Assembly (NCBI GenBank): GCA_020696385.1
Contig: JAEHCQ010000004.1
Location: 1-64,000, forward strand
Direction of reading: 5' to 3'
DNA: 64,000 bases
Source of the DNA: Methanobacteriota archaeon
GTDB lineage: Archaea > Thermoplasmatota > Thermoplasmata > SG8-5 > JAGLSY01
Position numbers and translations under genes: made by a program. Position 1 is the first letter of the stretch, and each line of letters opens with the position of its first letter. Positions 39,742-50,380 of this stretch are shown piece after piece. Under the pieces are notes generated by a model. That model saw only the letters and a list, made by a program, of their open reading frames with translations, did no database searches and was not told the DNA's origin.

Positions 39742-40454
39742 CAATAAGTACTGGAATAAGCGGCTTGAACGAACTTGCTGGCGGGGGATTTCCCGAGCGG
39801 ACCATCAATCTAATATCCGGGCCTGCTGGGAGTGCCAAGACATTGTTCGGAATGCAGTTCATATTCAAGGGATTTACAGAGTATGGAGAAAAAGGGTTAT
39901 TCATCACCCTGGAAGAGAGCAGGGAGAATCTTCTTCGCGCCTCCAAGGCCTTTGGAATGGACTTTGACAAATTTAATGGAACAGATGATATCCAGCTCGT
40001 GGATTTTGGCGAGATGAGGAAGGATCTGGACCTGGAGGAGGATGTGGACCTTGGAATAGTCAGCCTCAGGAACTTGCTGGACTTTATAATCAAGACAGTG
40101 AAAGAGACTGGAGCAACCAGGCTACTCATCGACTCCATCTCCGCCATGGGATTGTATTACAATGATGTCGATGAGTTCAGAAGGGAGTTGTTCAGATTCT
40201 GCCGTATACTGAAGGATCACGACCTGACGACCGTGCTGATAACCGAGGCCAATAAGAGCGGGGAAACAAGATTCGGCATCGAGCAGTTCATTTCCGATTC
40301 CATAATAGTTCTGGATTATGAGAATGTCGAGGGCGAGTACAGGCGTACGATAACGATCTACAAGATGAGATTCGCCCGTCATGATCCCTACAAACATCCC
40401 TTCCTTATCATGAGCGATGGGATCGAGATAGACAGCCAGGAGACAATATATTGA
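39738..40454 (+). CDS. KaiC-like / RAD55 family ATPase (single domain)
   Basis: STGISGL, GPAGSAKT, TLEES, LLIDS, IYKMR. Confidence 0.92.
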   Translation: MTISTGISGLNELAGGGFPERTINLISGPAGSAKTLFGMQFIFKGFTEYGEKGLFITLEESRENLLRASKAFGMDFDKFNGTDDIQLVDFGEMRKDLDLEEDVDLGIVSLRNLLDFIIKTVKETGATRLLIDSISAMGLYYNDVDEFRRELFRFCRILKDHDLTTVLITEANKSGETRFGIEQFISDSIIVLDYENVEGEYRRTITIYKMRFARHDPYKHPFLIMSDGIEIDSQETIY

Positions 40455-40529
40455 CGATCTGTAGATCATAATTGATTGTCTTAAAATCATAATTTGTTAA
40501 TCTAAATATCATATTTAACTGGAGAAATA

Positions 40530-43500
40530 ATGCCTGAAGAAAAAACCGGATCATATGCCGTGATGGCTCTGGAGGAACAAACCTACCTGTCGATGGCCCA
40601 CCTTATTCAGAAATATGTGAATGAGGATAAGACCATCATCACGCTCGTTGCCACTTCTTCTGGAAAGGAATTGATCGAGGTCCTGGAGGGCATGGGCCCG
40701 GAAATGCAGGGTCTTGGAGAGAAGAACCAGCTCATTGTGATAGACTGGTTCTCATATCAGATATCCCAGGTCATCGGTGTTGAGGAGGAAGATAACTTAC
40801 TCCTATGTGCCAGGGCTCTTTTGAATGTGAACATGGCCGTGAACAAGGCCATCAAGATGCTGGAAGGATCTGAGAATATCGTATTTATAACCGATATTCT
40901 CCAACAATCTGTGGATATCTTCGGACCAGATGCCGCGATGGACTTCATGAGAAAGAACATGAGCAAGATGCATGATAAGAATATCACATCCGTCCATGTC
41001 ATATCCCCCAGCTTCGTGGAGCATGATATAGTTAATCGAATGCATGTCCAGTTAGGTCAGCCAGTCGATGTTGGATCGATCGTCGGAACCAGGATCGAGA
41101 CCTCGGACCTGATACTGGATGATAAGGGCACGATCGAGAACATAATCAATTTCCTTGGACTTTCTGTCGGTGAGGATTCTACCGATATTCAATTCTACTT
41201 GTGCGGGAACTGTGGGGCATTCCTGAACGAGCGCAGTGTGTTCTGCCCAATATGCCACTTCGCGGTGGAGGAAGACGCGGTAACTGACGAGATCCTGTCC
41301 CGCTGTTCGAGTTGCGGGGCATTGATAAGTTCCATCTCCCAGGATTGTGGAGTATGTGGGGAGATGTTCAGCCAGGACCTGGCAGCAGAAGCATTGGGTA
41401 AGGAGCTGGCGGAGGAGCATGATGATCTCCTTGAAACGATACCGGAGATCGATTTCCAAATGTGCAGTTCCTGTGGGACCTTTGTGGAAGGGGATATGGA
41501 AATATGCCCAAAGTGCGGGGAGATGATATCCACCGAGGTCTATGATGACATATTGGATATGGACCTGGAGGAAAAGCCAGATATGGATAGGCTGGAGACA
41601 GCTCCTGACCTCGATATCGGCATATGCGATTCCTGTGGCGCATTCCTGGGCAAGGGATCCCAGAGTTGTCCGAATTGCGATGAGATCCTAGACATGAAGG
41701 AATTCAGACTGGATGATGACCTCATCAATTCTTTGGGAGACCTGGAGGACGAGATGGGGGATATCGGCCCCTTGTCGAAAGAATTGACTGGTGTTCTATC
41801 CAGGGATCTGAATATTCCAGATGAGGATCCGGAGGAAGAAATCGACCTTCTCGAAACGGTTCCTACCATTGGTTTCACGGTCTGTGATTCCTGTGGAACT
41901 TTCGTTATGGGCGATTCCCGTTCATGCCCAAATTGTAAACAAATGGCGGTCGAAGAGAAGGATATACTGAAGGACGAAGTTCTCAGATCGCATATGGAGG
42001 ATCTCGAGGACGAGATGTTCTCCCTGGATCTATTGGAGTTGAAGGATGAGGATCTGGAAGAGGTCGATATTGTCGAACATGATACAGAAAGCGTATCCGT
42101 TGAGCATGATCCTGATGCGGCATTCGAAGAGGACTGGCTGCTATTGGAATTGGATGGACTGGATGACCTGGAGGAGGCATTGGCCGATACGGGTCCCGAT
42201 GCATTGGAAGAGGCATTATTGGCTGATTTATCATCGGCAGATGCGACAGAAAATATTGCATCTACCGATGATTATGAACTTGACCTGGATGACCTCGATC
42301 TGGATCTGGTAGATGATCCAGAATATGAACCTGAGCCAATCCTCGAGGAAGAGCCAGATGAGAACGTGGATGAACTCCTCGATTCTCTTGTCTTTGATTT
42401 TGATGAAGCTGATGAGCCAGATGCTCCACCGACCCCCATTGTCTTTGGTATCGATGGAGAAATAATTGAAGATCCAATAAAATTGGGTCATACGGATATG
42501 GAGGAAGTCGAGTCAGATGAAGAGATCCAGGATCTTCTCAATTCTCTTGAATTCACCATGGATGATGAAGTTGATGATGATGATGATCAGGAATATGAGA
42601 TCATCGATCTTGATGAAAGCCAGCATCATGATGACTACACCGAGGAAGAGTTGGAGGATGTATTGGATTCCCTGGTGTACGATGTGTCTGCTGAGAAGAT
42701 ATCACATTCCAGTGACCTCGAACTCTCTGAAAAGATGAGAAGGGAATTTGGCCATGCACATGGATTGACCAACGGTCAGGGACGTACTAATGGCCTGACC
42801 AATGGCCAAGGTGTTGCCCATGGTTTGACCAATGGAATAGGTCGAACGAACGGTATGACCAATGGTGTTGGCAGGACTAATGGTCTTACGAATGGCCAAG
42901 GCCGCACCAATGGCCTTACAAACGGTATGGGTAGAACCAATGGGATCACCAATGGCATGGGCAGGACGAACGGCCTTACAAATGGCCTGACCAATGGTTT
43001 GGTCAATGGCTCTGGCCTCGTGAACGGTGATGGCTTCTTAAATGGTGATTCTCTCGCTGAAAGAAAGCTGGATATATCCATATTGAGAAAAAATCGACAG
43101 AGAGCGCGTAGATGGAAAATTGGCCTTTTATCCATGATCATCGTGATATCCCTGATCATGTATGTTCCGATATTCACCGATAATATGAGCGAGATCGACA
43201 GAAGGGACATCTCGATAGATGGATCTTTCAATGACTGGAACAAGTTCCACACTCATATGGACAGAGTGTCGGATGTCATTAATCAGGATATAGATCTGGT
43301 GGATACGAAATTCTCTTTTGATGATCCCTATCTTGATATATTCCTTCAGGTGGATGGAACCATCCTGGGGGGCGATGGTGCGAATGGTACTGGCGTGGAT
43401 TCCATCTACGTTCTAATGGATGCAGATAGAAATCCCGATACTGGCTATTCCATCGACCACATGGGCATGGATGTTTTGATCGATATCCAGGGCTATGGAA

Positions 43501-45926
43501 ATCATGTAGCAGGGTCCGAGATGCTTAGATTCAATGATGCCAATGATAATGATGACTGGAATGGTTTCAGGTTTGAAAGACCCGTATCCAGTAAGATCAA
43601 TGAAAATATGATCGAGCTGAGGGTGGCGATGAATAGCATAATGGATCCCGAACACCCGTCCATCCTTGTCATCACCAGGGATTCGGAAGGTAATTCGGAT
43701 ATATCTGATGGAATCATGGTGCCGGATATGGCATCCCTTTCCATCCGATCGGATGCTGGCAATTCGAATGACATATTATTCTCAAATGAGATCCTTTCAT
43801 CTTCCTTCGAGTTCGTGTCTTATGGGGATGATATCGAGCTTGATTCATTGGATATTCGATTATTGGGAACAGCCAGCCCGAATATTCTTTCACAATTATC
43901 AGTTTACAAGGATATGAATTTCAATGGAATAGTGGAGCCAGTGATCGACGAGTTGATCGCTCTGCAAACCACCACGATAGATCGCTCACTCCATCTGGAA
44001 TTCGCAGATCCTATCACCCTATCACCATCTGAGAGGACGGTGCTCATTCTTTCATCCACTTTGATAGGAGCGGAGAATGGCCAGACCATTGGTTTCCAGC
44101 CTCTGGATGCTGGAATCGGAAATGAGATCATATTGGATATTGACACTGATATATCATTTATTCATCATTTTGGCACGCCATCTGATACAAAAATAGATGG
44201 CGCTTTCGGTGATTGGCAGTCCATATCACCGAATGTCGATGCTGCCAATGACCAGGCGATTCCCGGTCAGGATATCAGCCAGATGAAATTCGTGAACAGG
44301 AATGTGGATATCAGGGATTATCGAATAAGTATGGATGATGAGCTGAATATCTACGCGTCCGTGGCCGGGATCGCGATGGGAGGTTCGACAATACCAGTGC
44401 TCAGATATCGTACAATTCCATCCACCTCTAATATAACACCTCCGCCCGTGGTTCCAGTGGACTCGGACAATGATGGTGTTCCGGATATCGTGGATGGCCC
44501 TGGCGGCTCTCTTGCCAATGATTTCAATAATGATGGAATTGATGATGCATCCTCCAGCGGGGATCGTGATGGTGACAATATTATCGACTATAGCTCTGGA
44601 GGTGCGGATCACTGGCTCAATACCACCATCCCACAGAGCTTTGACAGCAATTATTCTGGCAGGTCTATAAGCCGTTATATTGGCCCTGTCAAGCACATTG
44701 AGAAAAAGGGCATGGACCATCTGCAGATATTCATAGATGCGGATGATGATATCGAAACAGGCCATTATGTAGATGGCTTGCTGGGTGCGGATCATCTAGT
44801 TCTTCTTACTGGCAAATCGAATACGATAATCTCCAGTGAGGTATATTTCTATGATGAAACATCGAATGGGATACCATGGACCTATTCCGGCAAAGCATCC
44901 GGGGCCAATGACCTATCCCGGATGGAGATCGGCATCCCTATCGAACTTGTCGGTGTGTCAAGACAATCCGATATCTCCATCGCTCTGGAAATGTCCGATT
45001 GGAGAAATACAGTGGATACCACGAACAGCATCAGACACATTGCCGAGGCTGTCAGATCATCCAGATCGATAGGCCCCGAGGAACCTGTTTCAGATCCAAT
45101 CGATCCAATGGCTCCCAAGCTACCCAATATGTCCATATCCAAAACAGCCAATGTGACTACCGCCCAGCCAGGTGACCTGATAACCTATGAAATATGGTAC
45201 AACAATACTGGTGCTGGGAAGGCCTGGGATGTTCAGATCGATGATGTACTTCCAGCGAATATTGATTATGTTATTGCCAATCCACTGCCCGCGACGATAG
45301 TTGGCCAGGATCTTGGCTGGACATTCAATCAGGTTGCCAGGCAGACCTCGAACCTTATAACTATCGAGGTGCAGGTGAATGCCAATGCGACCGATCTGGA
45401 ATCGCTGTCCAATTCCGTTATCCTGACCCATTCCTTGGGGGCAGATGCATCATGGGCCAATGTCACCTGCCAGCGACCTGTTATCGATATTCAGAAGGTC
45501 GCCAATGTCACATCGGCCTATGCCAATGATTCCATCATGTACACCATATTCTACAATAATACTGGATCCAACAATGCGGGCAATGTATGGATAAATGACA
45601 CATTGCCTTCTGGTATTATCTTCGATAGTGCGGTTCCAGCTCCTGCGACGATCGTCGGCCAGGATCTTGGCTGGTACTTCACGGATGTCGCGCCTGGCTC
45701 ACATGCGATCTTCATCAATGTGAGTGTCAATTCCACTCCACTTGCTGGTTCTATCGATAACTGGGCTCTTTTGAACTACACGGCCTCCAATGGCTACATG
45801 CTTTTGCCAGACAATGATGTGGCATCTATCAATATAATCGTAATTGATGAGTTCAGTAATATCTTATCAATTATCTTAATAACAATCGCAGGCATCTTCA
45901 TCATGCAGATCAGGCAGAGGCCTTAG
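40530..45926 (+). CDS. 1798-aa membrane protein: degenerate KaiC-fold N-terminus, 5 zinc ribbons, acidic linker, GRTNGLTNG repeats, TM helix, large extracellular region with two DUF11-like repeats, C-terminal PEF-CTERM-like anchor
   Basis: VIDWFSY...NMAVNKA...FITDIL matches the window's KaiC domains; CxxCG-x9-CxxC x5; basic patch plus TM; IDGxFxDW x2; K.ANVT...Y.I.YNNTG...D.LP x2; DEF + TM + basic tail. Confidence 0.85.
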   Translation: MPEEKTGSYAVMALEEQTYLSMAHLIQKYVNEDKTIITLVATSSGKELIEVLEGMGPEMQGLGEKNQLIVIDWFSYQISQVIGVEEEDNLLLCARALLNVNMAVNKAIKMLEGSENIVFITDILQQSVDIFGPDAAMDFMRKNMSKMHDKNITSVHVISPSFVEHDIVNRMHVQLGQPVDVGSIVGTRIETSDLILDDKGTIENIINFLGLSVGEDSTDIQFYLCGNCGAFLNERSVFCPICHFAVEEDAVTDEILSRCSSCGALISSISQDCGVCGEMFSQDLAAEALGKELAEEHDDLLETIPEIDFQMCSSCGTFVEGDMEICPKCGEMISTEVYDDILDMDLEEKPDMDRLETAPDLDIGICDSCGAFLGKGSQSCPNCDEILDMKEFRLDDDLINSLGDLEDEMGDIGPLSKELTGVLSRDLNIPDEDPEEEIDLLETVPTIGFTVCDSCGTFVMGDSRSCPNCKQMAVEEKDILKDEVLRSHMEDLEDEMFSLDLLELKDEDLEEVDIVEHDTESVSVEHDPDAAFEEDWLLLELDGLDDLEEALADTGPDALEEALLADLSSADATENIASTDDYELDLDDLDLDLVDDPEYEPEPILEEEPDENVDELLDSLVFDFDEADEPDAPPTPIVFGIDGEIIEDPIKLGHTDMEEVESDEEIQDLLNSLEFTMDDEVDDDDDQEYEIIDLDESQHHDDYTEEELEDVLDSLVYDVSAEKISHSSDLELSEKMRREFGHAHGLTNGQGRTNGLTNGQGVAHGLTNGIGRTNGMTNGVGRTNGLTNGQGRTNGLTNGMGRTNGITNGMGRTNGLTNGLTNGLVNGSGLVNGDGFLNGDSLAERKLDISILRKNRQRARRWKIGLLSMIIVISLIMYVPIFTDNMSEIDRRDISIDGSFNDWNKFHTHMDRVSDVINQDIDLVDTKFSFDDPYLDIFLQVDGTILGGDGANGTGVDSIYVLMDADRNPDTGYSIDHMGMDVLIDIQGYGNHVAGSEMLRFNDANDNDDWNGFRFERPVSSKINENMIELRVAMNSIMDPEHPSILVITRDSEGNSDISDGIMVPDMASLSIRSDAGNSNDILFSNEILSSSFEFVSYGDDIELDSLDIRLLGTASPNILSQLSVYKDMNFNGIVEPVIDELIALQTTTIDRSLHLEFADPITLSPSERTVLILSSTLIGAENGQTIGFQPLDAGIGNEIILDIDTDISFIHHFGTPSDTKIDGAFGDWQSISPNVDAANDQAIPGQDISQMKFVNRNVDIRDYRISMDDELNIYASVAGIAMGGSTIPVLRYRTIPSTSNITPPPVVPVDSDNDGVPDIVDGPGGSLANDFNNDGIDDASSSGDRDGDNIIDYSSGGADHWLNTTIPQSFDSNYSGRSISRYIGPVKHIEKKGMDHLQIFIDADDDIETGHYVDGLLGADHLVLLTGKSNTIISSEVYFYDETSNGIPWTYSGKASGANDLSRMEIGIPIELVGVSRQSDISIALEMSDWRNTVDTTNSIRHIAEAVRSSRSIGPEEPVSDPIDPMAPKLPNMSISKTANVTTAQPGDLITYEIWYNNTGAGKAWDVQIDDVLPANIDYVIANPLPATIVGQDLGWTFNQVARQTSNLITIEVQVNANATDLESLSNSVILTHSLGADASWANVTCQRPVIDIQKVANVTSAYANDSIMYTIFYNNTGSNNAGNVWINDTLPSGIIFDSAVPAPATIVGQDLGWYFTDVAPGSHAIFINVSVNSTPLAGSIDNWALLNYTASNGYMLLPDNDVASINIIVIDEFSNILSIILITIAGIFIMQIRQRP
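42759..43045 (+). repeat. Peptide-level decamer repeat xGRTNG(L/M/I)TNG (about 7 copies plus degenerate GLVNG units)
   Basis: Seen in translation; synonymous codons differ between units. Confidence 0.95.
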
Positions 45927-48900
45927 CACTAGCACCTGCACTAACACCTTGCTGGTCCGACTTCTTTTTCCCGATCATCGACACGCATTTGAGTGCCTCG
46001 TCCTGCTTTCCCATCTTCATAAGTACATAGCCCTTATTGATCCAGGCATCCTTATAATTCGGATCAAGCTTGATCGCCCTATTGTAGTTCTTCAGGGCCT
46101 CGATATAATTCTCCTTTCTGGCAAATGCATTTCCTCTATTGTTCCAGGCGATTATGTACCTGGGATTGGCGATCAATGCATTATTGTATGATTCCAGGGC
46201 ACTGTCCATGTTCCCAAGTTTGGAATATGCATTTCCCTTGCTCACCCAAGCGACCTCGTTATTGGGATTGATGGAAAGGGCCATGTCCAGGCATTCGATC
46301 CCTTCCTTCAATTTTCCCATTAATATCAGGGTCGCACCTTTGCTATACCAGGGGACATCGTATTCCCTCGGATCACTGACTTTCGATACGGTTGTATCAT
46401 TGCTTTTCTCAAGTGCGCGATCATAGGATCTCAATGCCTTTTTGTAATCTTTATTGAGATAGTCCAAGTCTCCTCGAACGATCTCTGTCTCTATCGATGT
46501 ATGCAGATTTCTCTCATAGGCAAGGAGTATGGCACTGGCCACAATGAGGAATATGCCTATCCCGGCTATTATCGCTCCCGGGGGCTGGATGGGGGAATAC
46601 GCCCACTGCTCGAAATAATAAAGCTCTCCGATGGCGAATAGGAATAAGAATATGGTTCCAGATAACCACAGATGGATATAGCGAACCTTGCTCCTTATCC
46701 AGATTATGCCAATGCCGATCATGATTATACCAGTGGACAGGAGCATTTTATCCACCAGAGGGTCCTCGATCATCATACCCGCGAACCAGTGTAGGAGAAT
46801 GAAGGATATTATCAGCCCCCCGATCATGAATACGGATCCTCTATACAGATCGCCTTTCATGAATATGGATCTTGATGTGACCAGCATGATGATGGCGAAT
46901 ATCAGGATAATACCGAATATTATGGCCAGTGAAATTGGATTCACTGGTATGTAAGATGCAAGTGCGACATAGAATATGGATGTCAAAAGGGAAGCGATGA
47001 CCCCGTATTCCCATCCAGAGTGACCGAGATACTGTGGCCCTCCAGTGGTCTCCACCATGGCATGGGATCTGAAGGGAACGTGGACATCGTCATGAGTATC
47101 ATCGAGCATATCCTCTCCAGCATCGATGTCTATCTGGCTTGTGGGAATGGTCGTGGTCGGATCTTCCTCAGTTTCGTCCTCATAAACTTCGACCTCTTCA
47201 TACTCGATGTCGTCGTCAACCTCAACTTCCTCATACTCTATTCCATCATCAATTTCTACCTCTTCGTATTCGATCTCATCCCCATCTGAATTTACATAGA
47301 CCTCGACATCTTCATACTCGGTATCGTCATCAGTCTCAACTTTCTCAGATTCGATCTCACCATCCACTTCGGAATCATCGTATTCGATTATTTCCTCATA
47401 GTCACCGTGGTGGACACCCTCTTTAATATCTTCTTCAGAGAGGGATAGAGTATCATATTCCACATCTCTATCTTGATGGATATCATCATCATCCAGATAT
47501 CCATCCACTTTTATTTCATCTTTATCTATGTGCAGATCTACCAGGTCCAAACCTTCCAATTCATCTTCTTCGGACGGCACAACTATTGATTCGGCCATCG
47601 TCTCGTCAATGTCTATCAAAAGCTCATCCAGATCGTCTTCTATCTCATTCATTTCCTGAACAAGGCCATAGAATTTGGCCTTGTTAATTATGTAATTGGC
47701 CTTGGTTAGTTGCCCTTCTTCATAGGCCTTTTCTATCCTGGCCAGTTTTTCCTCATTTGACAGTTCCGGGCTCTTTTTCTGACCCGGTGATTCAGGCTCT
47801 TTCTTTTCAAGGATGAGATCATCCATATCATCTTCCATCTCATTAAGATGATCAATGGCACTTTCCCTTGTCAGATCGGGAATACCCAATTCGATGATAT
47901 CCGATATGTCCACCCTGTCATCATAGGACATCTCCTCTTCAATATCTACTTCATTATCGAGGAATGTGAAGCCACATACTTCACAATCTCCAGCCCCCAC
48001 CCCGAACTTCGATCCGCAGTTGGGACAAACACTGTCTGAAAGAATGACAGAGTCATCCTCCAGATCCATCACGATGCCATCATCCAGGCTCTGGCCACGC
48101 GATAAGTCTGAATCGCAGACCGAGCAAGCTGCGGCATTCGCTGAAACAAATGCTCCACAATCCGGGCAGAGTTCCAGTTCGCCACCGATCCTTTCCTCGG
48201 GAGATGTATCTCGTAATTCCAGCACTCCCAGTGCTTTTTTCAGGATATCCATTGGGTCATCCGCGTCCTTGCCCATCTCCAGGACATCATCTGCTTGGAT
48301 GGATTGCAGTAGGTTTACATCGACATCGGCTCCGCACACATTGCATGAATCTGAATCTGCTCTGATGAAAGCCCCACACTCGCCACAGATGGACATTTCA
48401 TCATGCCCATCAGTGGGCAGTTCCGTGTATATGATATCTGGAAGGTCTTGTTTTTCTGTCTGGCACACGGGACATTTTTGCTCATCCTGTGGAATGAAAG
48501 CCCCACATTTCTGACATATTCCGATATCATCAATATGTTCGGCCATTGGGTCCGGATCCAGTATGACATCATCCAGTATTCCGAGTATGGATCTCAAAGC
48601 GGTCTCCGTGTTCTTTCCATCATCCTCAATGGCCACAATCTCATCATCTTTCTCAATACCCAGATATCCACCGGATCTTATGTCATTTCCACAAACATTG
48701 CATTCTTTTGAGGATGGGGAAACAAATGCTCCACATTCGCCACATAGCATGATCTCATCGCCACCATCTCCTTCTATGGATATATCTCTGGACACTCTTT
48801 CGCTTATGGATTCCACGATCCTGGTCTTCTCTATTTCTTCACTGATATTGATGTGAAGTATGTCGGCATCATCAGCATGGTCACCTTCATGTTCGTCACC

Positions 48901-49485
48901 TGCCAGGCCTGGCCTGATATCGAGCACGATATCAGGATCTTCATCGAATAGATCCACGTCCTCAATATCCGGTATTTTGTCAATGACCGAGATCAGATCA
49001 TCTGGATCATCTATATTATCCAGTTCCAGAATAAGCTCATCCTCTTCCTGCACATCATTCTCGATGAGAAGGTTCAGCAGGTCACTATCATATTCCATCC
49101 CATCCGTATCTTCTCCATCCTCTTCGTCGAGGGGTATTCCACAATTGGGACACTCATTGGAATCCGAGCTGATGAAGGCTCCACACCCGGAGCAAAGGAA
49201 CAGGGTGACGGCTTCCTTTTCCCCCTCTGGTGAGATATTGTCATTCTCTTCGATCTTCATATCACAATTGGAGCATTCCCGTGCTCCTTTTTCCAATGAT
49301 CCTCCACACCTTGGGCAAGCAATCCCTAAGGTATCTAAGTCTTCATCTATCAGATCATTCAGACCCTTATCGAACTCCTCATCCACTTCCTCTTCCAATG
49401 GCTTGTTACAATTGGGACAAATAGAGGCCTCCTCGTTTATGAAGGCGCCACAAAATGGGCATAGATAAAGTGCGGAATCGCTCAA
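45910..49485 (-). CDS. 1191-aa protein: 8 zinc ribbons, SHOCT-like segment, acidic EYEEVEV repeats, about 6 TM helices, C-terminal TPRs
   Basis: CxxCG-x9-CxxC x8; EKLARIEKAYEEGQLT; W..KG/RG..L....EA...Y..A...NP TPR units; TTG start after AGGAGA. Confidence 0.85.
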   Translation of the reverse strand: MSDSALYLCPFCGAFINEEASICPNCNKPLEEEVDEEFDKGLNDLIDEDLDTLGIACPRCGGSLEKGARECSNCDMKIEENDNISPEGEKEAVTLFLCSGCGAFISSDSNECPNCGIPLDEEDGEDTDGMEYDSDLLNLLIENDVQEEDELILELDNIDDPDDLISVIDKIPDIEDVDLFDEDPDIVLDIRPGLAGDEHEGDHADDADILHINISEEIEKTRIVESISERVSRDISIEGDGGDEIMLCGECGAFVSPSSKECNVCGNDIRSGGYLGIEKDDEIVAIEDDGKNTETALRSILGILDDVILDPDPMAEHIDDIGICQKCGAFIPQDEQKCPVCQTEKQDLPDIIYTELPTDGHDEMSICGECGAFIRADSDSCNVCGADVDVNLLQSIQADDVLEMGKDADDPMDILKKALGVLELRDTSPEERIGGELELCPDCGAFVSANAAACSVCDSDLSRGQSLDDGIVMDLEDDSVILSDSVCPNCGSKFGVGAGDCEVCGFTFLDNEVDIEEEMSYDDRVDISDIIELGIPDLTRESAIDHLNEMEDDMDDLILEKKEPESPGQKKSPELSNEEKLARIEKAYEEGQLTKANYIINKAKFYGLVQEMNEIEDDLDELLIDIDETMAESIVVPSEEDELEGLDLVDLHIDKDEIKVDGYLDDDDIHQDRDVEYDTLSLSEEDIKEGVHHGDYEEIIEYDDSEVDGEIESEKVETDDDTEYEDVEVYVNSDGDEIEYEEVEIDDGIEYEEVEVDDDIEYEEVEVYEDETEEDPTTTIPTSQIDIDAGEDMLDDTHDDVHVPFRSHAMVETTGGPQYLGHSGWEYGVIASLLTSIFYVALASYIPVNPISLAIIFGIILIFAIIMLVTSRSIFMKGDLYRGSVFMIGGLIISFILLHWFAGMMIEDPLVDKMLLSTGIIMIGIGIIWIRSKVRYIHLWLSGTIFLFLFAIGELYYFEQWAYSPIQPPGAIIAGIGIFLIVASAILLAYERNLHTSIETEIVRGDLDYLNKDYKKALRSYDRALEKSNDTTVSKVSDPREYDVPWYSKGATLILMGKLKEGIECLDMALSINPNNEVAWVSKGNAYSKLGNMDSALESYNNALIANPRYIIAWNNRGNAFARKENYIEALKNYNRAIKLDPNYKDAWINKGYVLMKMGKQDEALKCVSMIGKKKSDQQGVSAGASAKASA

Positions 49486-49627
49486 AGTGATAGTCTCCTG
49501 TTTGATGTTACGGACAGTTTTTTATATATCTGTTAAGACTTATAAATAGATTTGCAGAATAATTATAAATTAATCCATCTTATGCAAATGATTAAAATAT
49601 GGTTAGCTATATTGGAGAACGGAAATC

Positions 49628-50380
49628 ATGCCCTCAGAAAATATTATTGAAAGAGAACGTTGCGTTACAGGAATAGATGGTTTGGATAATATTCTGAATG
49701 GAGGGATACCCAGAGGAAATACCATTTTGTTCACAGGCAGTTGCGGTACTGGAAAGACCACACTGTCCCTTGAATTTTTAGTGCATGGAGCTCTGGCCGA
49801 TGAGAATTCCCTTTTCGTATCTGTCACAGAGTCATCAGATAAATTGACAACCAATGTCATTCCTTACGACTTCTTCGAGGAATCCCTGATCAAGACAGGA
49901 AAATTGGCCTTTGTCGATATGCCAGTCATCTACGAGAGACTTGGCTTGACAAATGTGGAGTTCAGTCTGGAGGATGTGGATACCCTGGTACGAGCATTGG
50001 GGAATCTTGTGGACGAGCTTTCTGTGAAACGACTCGTCATTGACTCCATAACCTCTGTTTGCTATAGATTGAAAACAGAGGAAAAAATAAGGGAATTCAT
50101 ATTGAAGATAGGAAAGGCTCTTTCTAATAGGGGATGCACCAGTCTCTTGATATCCGAAATATCACCATCCGCAGATAGATATTCTCTATACGGGGTTGAG
50201 GAAGCCATAGCAGATGGGATCGTCCTAATGGGGAACTATGAACGCAGGGGAGATCTTTTGAGAACATTGCAGGTGGTCAAGATGAGGGGGACAACACATT
50301 CCAGAGCCAAATATGTCCTGGACCTGACACCTGCGGGTGTGCTTCTTGTTCCATTGCTCAAGGGCGGTGGAGGTATATGA
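49628..50380 (+). CDS. KaiC-like / RAD55 family ATPase
   Basis: TGIDGLD.IL.GGIP, GSCGTGKT, LVIDS, GVEEAIADG, VVKMRGT.H. Confidence 0.93.
   Translation: MPSENIIERERCVTGIDGLDNILNGGIPRGNTILFTGSCGTGKTTLSLEFLVHGALADENSLFVSVTESSDKLTTNVIPYDFFEESLIKTGKLAFVDMPVIYERLGLTNVEFSLEDVDTLVRALGNLVDELSVKRLVIDSITSVCYRLKTEEKIREFILKIGKALSNRGCTSLLISEISPSADRYSLYGVEEAIADGIVLMGNYERRGDLLRTLQVVKMRGTTHSRAKYVLDLTPAGVLLVPLLKGGGGI

Noticed and set aside
47966-49468. Long Ser-rich plus-strand ORFs
   Set aside because: Antisense shadows of the Asp/Glu-rich zinc-ribbon gene; the same applies to most short overlapping ORFs in the track.
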